A DNA stretch of 64,000 nt from Gammaproteobacteria bacterium (GTDB lineage Bacteria; Pseudomonadota; Gammaproteobacteria; Steroidobacterales; JABDLF01): contig JBFGOQ010000006.1 of assembly GCA_041565075.1 (NCBI GenBank), positions 724 through 64,723 on the forward strand, given 5' to 3'. Shown here one piece after another: positions 56,676 through 64,000 of the stretch. The translations under genes were made by a program, and so were the position numbers. The notes beneath the pieces were generated by a model. That model ran no database searches, had not been told where the DNA came from, and saw only the letters and a list, made by a program, of their open reading frames with translations. How positions within the stretch are numbered: the first letter of the stretch is position 1; the number at the start of each line of letters is the position of its first letter.

Positions 56676-57575
56676 TCAAGCGGTCAGCAGGCGCAACGCC
56701 TCGGCGTATTTTTCGCTGGTCTTGCGCAGAATATCCTTAGGAAGACGAGGTCCCGGTGCGCGCTTGTTCCAGTCCAGGGTTTCCAGGTAATCGCGTACAA
56801 ACTGTTTGTCGAAACTCGGCGGGCTGATGCCCTGGCGGTAAGAGCTTGCTGGCCAGAACCGTGACGAATCCGGCGTCAGCGCTTCATCGATAAGAATGAG
56901 CGTACCGTTTTCGTCAACACCGAATTCGAATTTGGTATCCGCAATAATGATTCCCCTTTGCAGCGCGAAGTCTGCTGCAAACCTGTAGAGTGCCAGGGCA
57001 GTCTCGCGCACCTTCGCGGCCATGTCCTCACCGACGAGCTCACAAGTTTGTTCGAAACTGATGTTTTCGTCGTGCTCGCCAACTGCGGCCTTGCTGGATG
57101 GCGTATACAGGGCCTCAGGGAGTTTCTGCGCGAGTTCGAGCCCGTCGGGTAACGGCAGCCCGCAAACTTTGCCGCTGGCACGATAGTCCTTCCAGCCGGA
57201 TCCGATTAGATAGCCCCTCACAACTGCTTCAATGGGCAGCGCCTTGAGGCGCTTGACGAGCATTGCGCGGCCTTCAACCTGGCTGCGCTCCTCGTCGTCA
57301 GACAGCACATCCTCCAGCGCGAGCGGGGCCAGGTGGTTGGGAATCATGTGTCGTGTCTTGTCAAACCAGAATTTCGAGATGCTGTTGAGAATCATGCCCT
57401 TGCCAGGAATAGGATCCGGCAAAATTACGTCGAAAGCGGACAGGCGATCGCTGGTCACGATCAGCATGTGGCGATCGTCGATGGCGTAGATATCGCGCAC
57501 CTTGCCGCGGTGCAGCCTTTCCAGGCTATTGATATCTGACTCGTAAAGGGTTTCAGGCGGAGAAATGACAGTCAT
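56676..57575 (-). CDS. purC: Phosphoribosylaminoimidazole-succinocarboxamide synthase (long form)
   Basis: [38 protein letters not shown]. 299 aa. Confidence 0.96.
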   Translation of the reverse strand: MTVISPPETLYESDINSLERLHRGKVRDIYAIDDRHMLIVTSDRLSAFDVILPDPIPGKGMILNSISKFWFDKTRHMIPNHLAPLALEDVLSDDEERSQVEGRAMLVKRLKALPIEAVVRGYLIGSGWKDYRASGKVCGLPLPDGLELAQKLPEALYTPSSKAAVGEHDENISFEQTCELVGEDMAAKVRETALALYRFAADFALQRGIIIADTKFEFGVDENGTLILIDEALTPDSSRFWPASSYRQGISPPSFDKQFVRDYLETLDWNKRAPGPRLPKDILRKTSEKYAEALRLLTA

Positions 57576-57644
57576 GTGTAAGTCCAGTCTGGCTAAATAA
57601 ATAATGCTTCCTGCGGCGGCAGTACCAGCAGCGTATTCAAAAAA

Positions 57645-58121
57645 TTAGTGCTCGATGCGATCCTTTTCTGGATCGATCTCGCGTGGAAAATTCTGCGGAT
57701 CCTCAAGCAATTCCCGAAATCGATGGGTCGCCTCCGGGTCTTTGTCCACGGTAAGCCGCCTGAAGGCCTCAGCACCCTCACGCATGGTATTGTGCGCATA
57801 AACGTCATCAACCTGACCCACCATCAACACAAATGTGCGAATTTTCTGCTTGCTTTCAGGCTCAAGAAAACTCATCGCCTGGGCAAGCGCAGAGAGTTTC
57901 TGCTGGCGGTCGAGAGGTTTGGCCGGGCGCAGATTATCGCCTAACCAGAGGATCGCGCCAAATACGAAGAATAGGTAATAATTGTGAATGACGGGATCGT
58001 CAAAGATCTCCGGATCGACAGGACGGGCACAGGCAACGCCAAATTGGTAAGCCTGATCCGCGACCTTGGCAATAAGTGCGGCTGTTTCAGCCGTCGGCGC
58101 CAAGTCGTTGTCGTTGCTCAT
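57645..58121 (-). CDS. Hypothetical protein (158 aa)
   Basis: The composition looks coding. I recognise no motif and the ribosome-binding site is weak. Confidence 0.5.
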   Translation of the reverse strand: MSNDNDLAPTAETAALIAKVADQAYQFGVACARPVDPEIFDDPVIHNYYLFFVFGAILWLGDNLRPAKPLDRQQKLSALAQAMSFLEPESKQKIRTFVLMVGQVDDVYAHNTMREGAEAFRRLTVDKDPEATHRFRELLEDPQNFPREIDPEKDRIEH

Positions 58122-58210
58122 CTGTCACATCCAATTGGCCGATACCCGGGCCCGGGATTCTGGCAACGGCTATGCCTGTCAGTCAAGGCAGGCAGGGAGA
58201 GAATGCGCTG

Positions 58211-59011
58211 ATGCGAGGCTGGGCGGGCAAGATTATCGGTGCCTTTGTGGGATATCTGCTGGGCAGGCTGCTTGGCGCGGTCATTGGGCTGGTGCTGGGC
58301 CACCAGTTCGATCGCGGTTTTGGGGCAGCACGGCGTGAGCAGCTGTTTCCCGGATTCGGTGCCAGCGGTGCGCGCGTGCGCGAGCTTTTCTTTCGCGCGA
58401 CGTTTTCCGTTATGGGGCATCTTGCCAAGGTTGACGGACGCGTTTCCGAGCAGGAGATCCAGGCGGCTCGCAGCGTGATGTATCACATGCGCCTTAGCCC
58501 CGAGCAGGTGAAGGAAGCAATTGCCCTGTTCAACGAAGGCAAACGGCCGGATTTCCCCCTGCGTGAGACGCTCGCGGCCTTCCGACGGGCTGTCGGTTTC
58601 CATCGCGAGCTGATAACTGCGTTCGTCGAGATCCAGGTACAGGCCGCGGCAGCCGACGGCAATATTTCAGGTAGCCGGCGCAACTTGCTGTGGGAAATCT
58701 GTCAGCAGCTGGGGGTTTCGCGGGTCCAGCTGGCGCAGATCGAGGCGCTGGTATTTGCCCAGCGTCATGGCCACCAGCCTGCCGGGGACAGCACGGGAGG
58801 GCTGCGCCAGGCTTACCGGGTCTTGGGGGTGGAATCCGCTGCCAGTGACAAGGACATCAAGACTGCATACCGCCGACTCATGAGCCAGCATCATCCGGAC
58901 AAGCTGGTTGCGCGCGGTCTGCCAGAGGAAATGTTGCAGGACTCGAAAGAAAAGATTCGCGAAATTCGTGCTGCTTATGACGCGATCAAGGCCAGCCGCA
59001 AACTGCGCTAA
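58211..59011 (+). CDS. djlA: Co-chaperone DjlA
   Basis: N-terminal TM segment (IIGAFVGYLLGRLLGAVIGLVLG), a TerB-like middle region and a C-terminal J domain (AYRVLGV..YRRLMSQHHPDKL). The start is trimmed from 58076 to ATG 58211. Confidence 0.88.
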   Translation: MRGWAGKIIGAFVGYLLGRLLGAVIGLVLGHQFDRGFGAARREQLFPGFGASGARVRELFFRATFSVMGHLAKVDGRVSEQEIQAARSVMYHMRLSPEQVKEAIALFNEGKRPDFPLRETLAAFRRAVGFHRELITAFVEIQVQAAAADGNISGSRRNLLWEICQQLGVSRVQLAQIEALVFAQRHGHQPAGDSTGGLRQAYRVLGVESAASDKDIKTAYRRLMSQHHPDKLVARGLPEEMLQDSKEKIREIRAAYDAIKASRKLR

Positions 59012-59078
59012 TGCGGCTGCAATGCGCGTGGCCTTGGGTTAAAGTCAGTTGCGCTCGGGCTGCCGGATGATACCCACC

Positions 59079-59750
59079 ATGAAATACATGATCGCGCCCT
59101 CAATACTTTCTGCCGATTTCGCACGCTTGGGCGAAGAGGTTGATGCGGTGCTTGCTGCGGGGGCGGACATTGTCCATTTCGATGTCATGGACAACCACTA
59201 CGTGCCCAATTTGACGATTGGCCCGATGGTCTGCAAAGCCTTGCGCGAGCACGGCGTTACGGCACCTATCGACGTCCATCTCATGGTCAAGCCGGTGGAC
59301 CGGATAATTCCTGATTTTGCGAGTGCGGGCGCCAGCTATATCACCTTTCATCCGGAGGCCAGCGAGCATGTCGATCGCTCGCTGCAACTGATTCGCGAAC
59401 ACGGCTGCAAGGCGGGCCTGGTCTTTAATCCGGCAACCCCGCTGAACTGGCTGGAACATGTCATCGACAAGGTCGACATGGTTTTGATCATGTCTGTGAA
59501 CCCTGGATTCGGTGGTCAGGCATTTATCCCGGAGGCGCTCGCAAAACTTCACAGTGCGCGCCGCATCATCGCAGCCAGCGGCCGCGATATCCGCCTTGAG
59601 GTCGACGGCGGGGTCAAAGTTGAAAATATTCGTGAGATAGCCGAGGCCGGCGCGGACACTTTCGTCGCGGGTTCTGCGATATTCAATACGGACGACTACC
59701 CGACGACCATCGCGGCAATGCGAAAAGAACTGGCCGCTGCTGGCGGCTAA
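59079..59750 (+). CDS. rpe: Ribulose-phosphate 3-epimerase
   Basis: [40 protein letters not shown]. Confidence 0.95.
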   Translation: MKYMIAPSILSADFARLGEEVDAVLAAGADIVHFDVMDNHYVPNLTIGPMVCKALREHGVTAPIDVHLMVKPVDRIIPDFASAGASYITFHPEASEHVDRSLQLIREHGCKAGLVFNPATPLNWLEHVIDKVDMVLIMSVNPGFGGQAFIPEALAKLHSARRIIAASGRDIRLEVDGGVKVENIREIAEAGADTFVAGSAIFNTDDYPTTIAAMRKELAAAGG

Positions 59751-59763
59751 GACCAGCCGCCTG

Positions 59764-60438
59764 CTAGCGCGGTGCCGGCGTAAGCTTCATATTTTCGCCG
59801 GGTCGAACGTTATAGATAACGATCGTCTTGCCACTGGCCTGAATGAGCCCCTGGTTTTCCAGCACCTTCAGTACCCGCCCCGCCATTTCCCGCGAGCAAC
59901 CCACAAGTCGGCTCAGTTCCTGTCGACTCACCTTGATTTGCATGCCCTGGGGGTGCGTCATGGCATCGGGTTCCCGGCACAGGTCAATGAGCGCATGTGC
60001 GACGCGGCCGGTGACGTCTACAAAGGCAAGGTCGCTGAGTTTTCGATTGGTGCGATCCAGTCGGGTTGCCAGCTGGGTCGCCAACTCGAAAATCAGGCCG
60101 GGGCTTTCATTGGCGATCTGGCGAAATCTCGGATAGGTCATTTCCGCCAGTTCACACTCAGTACGTGTGCGCACCCAGGCACTGCGGGTTGGCTTTTCAT
60201 AAAACAGGCCCATCTCACCGAAAAACTCACCCTTATTGAGGTAAGCGAGCACCATTTCATTGCCGTCTTCATCTTCAATCATTACTTCGACTGATCCTTC
60301 GACAATGAAATACAGAATGTCAGGAAGATCGCCGGCGTGAATCACCGTTGTCTTCGGTGACACAGTACGAATCCTGCAGTAACTGAGGAAGCGGTTTATC
60401 GCGGGGATGTCGGTCAGTTCTCGCGCGGACTGGCTCAT
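59764..60438 (-). CDS. crp: cAMP receptor protein family regulator (CRP/Vfr orthologue)
   Basis: Collinear with E. coli CRP: RSAWVRTRT.CE.AE, LAFVDVTGRVAHAL, PDAMTHPQGMQIKVSRQEL..VGCSREMAGRVLK. Confidence 0.92.
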   Translation of the reverse strand: MSQSARELTDIPAINRFLSYCRIRTVSPKTTVIHAGDLPDILYFIVEGSVEVMIEDEDGNEMVLAYLNKGEFFGEMGLFYEKPTRSAWVRTRTECELAEMTYPRFRQIANESPGLIFELATQLATRLDRTNRKLSDLAFVDVTGRVAHALIDLCREPDAMTHPQGMQIKVSRQELSRLVGCSREMAGRVLKVLENQGLIQASGKTIVIYNVRPGENMKLTPAPR

Positions 60439-60565
60439 ATATCTTTTCCTCGGGTCACCCCAATATCAGGCACAGCAAAGAAGGTATCTTAGACGGCTCG
60501 CAAGCTCAAGGGCGCATCATTTGACAGGTGCCGGCAAACTGCCTGATTTCTAAACAATTCCGCGT

Positions 60566-60587
60566 TCGAGAAAAGCCCTGCGCGGGC
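60566..60587 (-). terminator. Weak candidate terminator downstream of coq7
   Basis: On the minus strand, GGCCC-GCGCA-GGGCT is followed by TTTTCTC. The stem is only 5 bp. Confidence 0.3.
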
Positions 60588-60611
60588 CAATACCGGCCAC
60601 GGCGCCGCACA

Positions 60612-61256
60612 TCAGAGTCGATATGCCGTGCGCGTCATGATGCCTGCCACAAGGCGCATTAAGCGGCGCGCCACGCCGGGCAACGGTTCGCCGCCCGCAG
60701 CAGTCGCCGTATCGCGATGTGCGGCCTCTTCGTCGCGCATCCTGGCAACGATCGCGCGGCTACGCAGATCTTCTGGCGGCAATTTGCCCAGGTGTTCATC
60801 CAGGTGCTCCACAACTTGCTGCTCGGTTTCCGCGAGGAAACCAAGACTCCAACGGTCGCCCGCGAAGCCCGCCAGCGCGCCAATAGCAAAAGAACCGGAG
60901 TACCACAGCGGGTTCAGCAGGCTCGGCCGACTGCCCAGTTCCTTGAGGCGGGCTTCACACCACGCCAGGTGATCCTGTTCCTCCTGCGCAGCTTCTTCCA
61001 TGGTTGCACGTACGTTCTCGAGACGCGCCGTCAATGCCTGTCCCTGGTAAAGTGCCTGGGCCGCCACTTCGCCGGCATGATTGACACGCATGAGTCCTGC
61101 CGCGTGGCTGCGGGCATCGCCTTCCAGCGTTGCCTCAGGGATCGCATCCGCCGGGTAGGCGCGCCTGGACGTGGTCGAAAACCCTGCGCTGTGGCGCAGG
61201 AGTTTGTCTGCCTCGCAAAGCAGGCTGTCGAGCAATGTGTAACGACGATCTTGCAT
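60612..61256 (-). CDS. coq7: Demethoxyubiquinone hydroxylase (di-iron Coq7)
   Basis: [53 protein letters not shown] (paired ExxH di-iron motifs). Confidence 0.93.
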   Translation of the reverse strand: MQDRRYTLLDSLLCEADKLLRHSAGFSTTSRRAYPADAIPEATLEGDARSHAAGLMRVNHAGEVAAQALYQGQALTARLENVRATMEEAAQEEQDHLAWCEARLKELGSRPSLLNPLWYSGSFAIGALAGFAGDRWSLGFLAETEQQVVEHLDEHLGKLPPEDLRSRAIVARMRDEEAAHRDTATAAGGEPLPGVARRLMRLVAGIMTRTAYRL

Positions 61257-61293
61257 GTGGACGATTATACGCTCCCCTGCGTGCCCCTTCGCC

Positions 61294-62565
61294 TCAGCCT
61301 GGCAGCGCCATTGCCAATATGCTCAGAGGGTGCAGCACACGTGTCTTGGCCGGCAACCGCGCCACGGCGGCTTGCAGGTGCAATGCACAACCGATATTTG
61401 TCGTCAGCAGGTAGTCTGGTGCCGCTGTGGCAAGTGCAGCGACGTGGCGTCCGGCAAGTTCGTTGGCAATATCCTGATGCCGGATCATGTAGTCTCCGGC
61501 CGCGCCGCAGCAGTTATCCGGCGCATCCAGTGGCCGCCAGATCAGATTGTCAACCTTGTCGAGCAGCATGCCGATGATATGTTCGTTGCGCAGGACATTC
61601 TTTTGCGTACAGGGGATTTGCACCGCACATGTCACGGGTTCCGGGAGTGCAAGCACCGGCAGGCGATCGCTGTGCTCGGCGACAAATTGCATCACGTCGA
61701 GAAACTGCACTGACTGGACCTGATCGTTGTCGAGCAATTGGCCGTATTCGACCAGCGTTGCGGTACAGCCGCTGGCCAGACCCAGCACCGGGCCCGGTGC
61801 CGCCTTGAACGCCTCGCAGTTAGCACGCGCAAGTTTCGCCGCCTGTTCACGTCGCCCGTCATGCAAGTGCAGCGCGCCACAGCATCGCTGAGCCTTCTCT
61901 GCCTGAACTTGCAGCCCCATGGCCTGCAATACTGCAACGGCGTCACCGAGCGTCCGGCTATCCAGGTGTGGCAGCATACAGCCGGTAAACAGGCTGACGG
62001 CTTCGCCTGGCTCGGTAACTGCATTCGCAGGCCGCTGCTGCCAGCGAGGCAATGTCAGCGGGATCATCTGCGCTATGCGCGCAATCCGTTGGGGACCACG
62101 TTGCGCGAGCAGTGCGACAAGCCCGGTCCACCTCGCAAGATTTAAAATACGAACAAGGACTCCCATCAGCCCTGGCCGGCTTAGTACGGCTGCCAGGAGC
62201 CGCGCTGTCACGGGTCGATCTGCACCGCGACCAGTGAGGTCCGCCCGCACCGCATCGATCAGTTGTCCATAAGGCACGGTGGCGGGGCAGACACGTTCGC
62301 AGCTTCGGCAGGCGAGGCAGGTGTCCAGGTGTGTCAGCAGCGCTTCGGACACCGGGAGCTGCCCCCTTGCCAGCCCCTGCATGAGCGAGATCCGACCGCG
62401 AGGCGAGTCGCCTTCATTTCTGGCCAACCCATAGGTCGGGCAATGCGGCAGGCACAATCCGCACTTGACGCAGCGATCAGCCAGCTCAAGCGGAAATATT
62501 TCCGTTTGCTTTGTTTCTAATGTTTGCAATTGAGGTCGTGGCAAGCAGGCCAGGTAATTTGCCAT
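61294..62565 (-). CDS. GlcF-like (Fe-S)-binding protein with two CCG domains
   Basis: Two ferredoxin-type clusters ([26 protein letters not shown]) and two CCG motifs ([17 protein letters not shown]). The start is trimmed from 62682 to ATG 62565. Confidence 0.85.
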   Translation of the reverse strand: MANYLACLPRPQLQTLETKQTEIFPLELADRCVKCGLCLPHCPTYGLARNEGDSPRGRISLMQGLARGQLPVSEALLTHLDTCLACRSCERVCPATVPYGQLIDAVRADLTGRGADRPVTARLLAAVLSRPGLMGVLVRILNLARWTGLVALLAQRGPQRIARIAQMIPLTLPRWQQRPANAVTEPGEAVSLFTGCMLPHLDSRTLGDAVAVLQAMGLQVQAEKAQRCCGALHLHDGRREQAAKLARANCEAFKAAPGPVLGLASGCTATLVEYGQLLDNDQVQSVQFLDVMQFVAEHSDRLPVLALPEPVTCAVQIPCTQKNVLRNEHIIGMLLDKVDNLIWRPLDAPDNCCGAAGDYMIRHQDIANELAGRHVAALATAAPDYLLTTNIGCALHLQAAVARLPAKTRVLHPLSILAMALPG

Positions 62566-62672
62566 GTTTCGTATAATAGCAAGCTGAGTCAGATAAAGAG
62601 CCTGGCACGAACGCAGGGAACGCGAGTCGTTGACAGGCATTTTTTGTGCAGCAAAATCGGGAGGAATTTTCC

Positions 62673-63398
62673 GTGAATTCAAATTTTTTCAAAAGCGTGA
62701 TTCTGATCAGCCTGGCCCTGCCAATGTTTGGGCAGGGCGTGTATGCCGCGGACGATGGTGGCCCCTGGTCGGGTAAAGCCGGTCTGGGTTACCTGGCTAC
62801 TTCGGGAAATAGCGACAATACCAGTCTCAATGCCCTGTTCAGACTGTCTTACGATCTCGATTCCTGGCACCACCAGTTCACTGCCCAGGCAATCGGCAAC
62901 GTAAGCAACGAAGTCACTACGGCTGAGCGCTATCAGGCGGGTTTCAAGAGCAAGTATGACTTTACTGAGCATGACTACGTTTTTGGCCTGGTTAACTGGG
63001 AAAAAGACCGATTTGGCGGCTATGCCGAACAGATGTCCGAAGCTGTAGGTTATGGCCGCCGCCTGCTGAATTCCCCAACCCAGGTACTCAATGTCGAACT
63101 GGGTATTGGCGCGAAGCAATCAGATCTGTTCGACGGAACCAGGGAAACCGGCCTGATTGGCAGGGCAGGTGCTGACTACCTGTGGAAATTCAGTGAAACC
63201 GCAGAGTTCAGCCAGTTGCTGACGGTCGAAAGTGGCTCAGGAAATACCTATATCGAATCCATTTCTGCGGTCACCGCCAAACTGCTGGAGTCGCTGGCGC
63301 TCAGCATCAGCTATACGATCAAGAACAACAGCGATGTCCCGGTGGGGCGGGACAAGACCGACACGTTTACCGCTCTTAATCTCGAATACGCCTTCTGA
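62673..63398 (+). CDS. DUF481 (YdiY-like) outer-membrane beta-barrel protein
   Basis: Signal peptide ending VYAADD. WSGKAGLGYLATSGNSDNTSLNA.. pattern with a C-terminal aromatic residue (..LNLEYAF). GTG 62673 is preceded by GGGAGG. Confidence 0.8.
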   Translation: MNSNFFKSVILISLALPMFGQGVYAADDGGPWSGKAGLGYLATSGNSDNTSLNALFRLSYDLDSWHHQFTAQAIGNVSNEVTTAERYQAGFKSKYDFTEHDYVFGLVNWEKDRFGGYAEQMSEAVGYGRRLLNSPTQVLNVELGIGAKQSDLFDGTRETGLIGRAGADYLWKFSETAEFSQLLTVESGSGNTYIESISAVTAKLLESLALSISYTIKNNSDVPVGRDKTDTFTALNLEYAF

Positions 63399-63472
63399 TC
63401 CGGCTTGCCGCTGCCGTGAGGTGGCGGCACACTGGCGGCTATGGCTCCTGGGACTGGCGAGGGCGGTGCGGT

Positions 63473-63784
63473 ATGAGTTACTACAAGCGGCATGTGTTTT
63501 TCTGCACCAACAAACGCGAGGGGGAGCGGCGCTCCAGTTGCGAGAACTGTGGTGCCTCTCGCATGCGTGCTTACGCCAAACTGAAAATCAAGAAAATGGG
63601 CCTTGCGGGGCCGGGGGGCGTCCGTATTAACAGTGCGGGTTGCCTCGATCGTTGCGAAGAGGGACCGGTGGTCGTGATTTATCCCGAAGGCACCTGGTAT
63701 ACCTATGTGGACAAGGAGGATATCGACGAACTCATCGAGGAGCATATCGTAGGCGGCCGCCCGGTCGCGCGGCTCATGATCTGA
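63473..63784 (+). CDS. Thioredoxin-like [2Fe-2S] ferredoxin
   Basis: HVFFCTN..SCENCGA..AGCLDRCEEGPVVVIYPEGTWY. ATG 63473 is preferred over 63416. Confidence 0.85.
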   Translation: MSYYKRHVFFCTNKREGERRSSCENCGASRMRAYAKLKIKKMGLAGPGGVRINSAGCLDRCEEGPVVVIYPEGTWYTYVDKEDIDELIEEHIVGGRPVARLMI

Positions 63785-63865
63785 ATGCGCCAGGTGGCTG
63801 ATAGTTATAAATAAATCAATCCATTCCGGGCGCCCCAATCCATGGATTCACGGCCCCCTCCATCA

Positions 63866-63894
63866 TTGCATTGCCCGCAGCCCTTCAGTAGAAT
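63866..63894 (+). promoter_or_regulatory. Candidate sigma70 promoter of rplM
   Basis: TTGCAT (63866-63871), a 17-nt spacer, then TAGAAT (63889-63894), 48 nt upstream of the rplM ATG. Confidence 0.5.
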
Positions 63895-63941
63895 GGCCGG
63901 CTTTTCGCGCACTTGCGCACTGTTTTTCGGAGCACGGGATA

Positions 63942-64000
63942 ATGAAGACCTTTTCGGCCAAGGCAGGCGAAGTCAGGCGCGACTGGTTTGTCGTCGATGC
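63942..64000 (+). CDS. rplM: 50S ribosomal protein L13 (5' end only, runs off the window)
   Basis: MKTFSAKAGEVRRDWFVVDA compared with E. coli L13 [20 protein letters not shown]. Confidence 0.9.
   Translation, partial: MKTFSAKAGEVRRDWFVVD

Noticed and set aside
62603-62620. TGGCACG, resembling a sigma54 -24 element, in the glcF-like/DUF481 divergent spacer.
   Set aside because: The required -12 TTGC element at the correct spacing is absent (the sequence continues AACGCAGGG).
62630-62658. TTGACA with a 17-nt spacer upstream of the DUF481 gene, considered as a sigma70 promoter.
   Set aside because: The -10 position reads AAAATC, a poor match. It is not reported as a feature.
1-64000. A window-wide look for CRISPR arrays, rRNA/tRNA genes, IS elements, integrases, phage genes and classic defence-system domains.
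   Set aside because: I recognised none by eye. No regularly spaced repeats were seen, and no transposase, recombinase, nuclease or helicase signatures outside uvrA. A computational repeat and covariance-model scan would still be worthwhile.

Overview
This is a high-GC (roughly 60% by eye) chromosomal segment. Gene content and order look gammaproteobacterial. It is almost fully coding, with about 58 genes. I found no rRNA, tRNA, CRISPR array, transposase or integrase. All calls come from reading the supplied ORF translations and the DNA; no database search was run.

Core housekeeping blocks:
- uvrA / MFS / ssb
- a sat-cysC fusion
- miaB-ybeZ-ybeY-corC-lnt
- leuS-lptE-[insert]-holA-nadD-rsfS-rlmH
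- maf-rng-yhdP-nit-tldD
- purE-yjgA, pmbA, purC, djlA-rpe, crp, coq7
- the first codons of rplM

Accessory content interrupts this backbone at four places:
1. A 2.4-kb insert between lptE and holA. It holds a frameshifted HExxH gene, a TPR/2OG-oxygenase-like gene and a small acidic gene.
2. A roughly 6-kb islet of small genes between tldD and purE (arsC-type, Sel1, GNAT, FG-GAP lipoprotein, DUF1801-like, zinc ribbon, MAPEG).
3. A complete cyanophycin locus (iadA-cphB-cphA plus a CphA paralogue with no ATP-grasp domain) and a class-V PLP enzyme, between yjgA and pmbA and packed tightly with them.
4. The candidate I rate highest for an undescribed system: a translationally coupled four-gene operon at 44.9-53.9 kb. 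It encodes an amidase-like C-N hydrolase, a 1100-aa TPR/FG-GAP/UnbV lipoprotein, a 930-aa protein (five TM helices, five CxxCH heme motifs, TPR tail) and a CRTAC1-type FG-GAP/UnbV protein.

Start codons are best guesses. Many long antisense ORFs in the track are high-GC artefacts.
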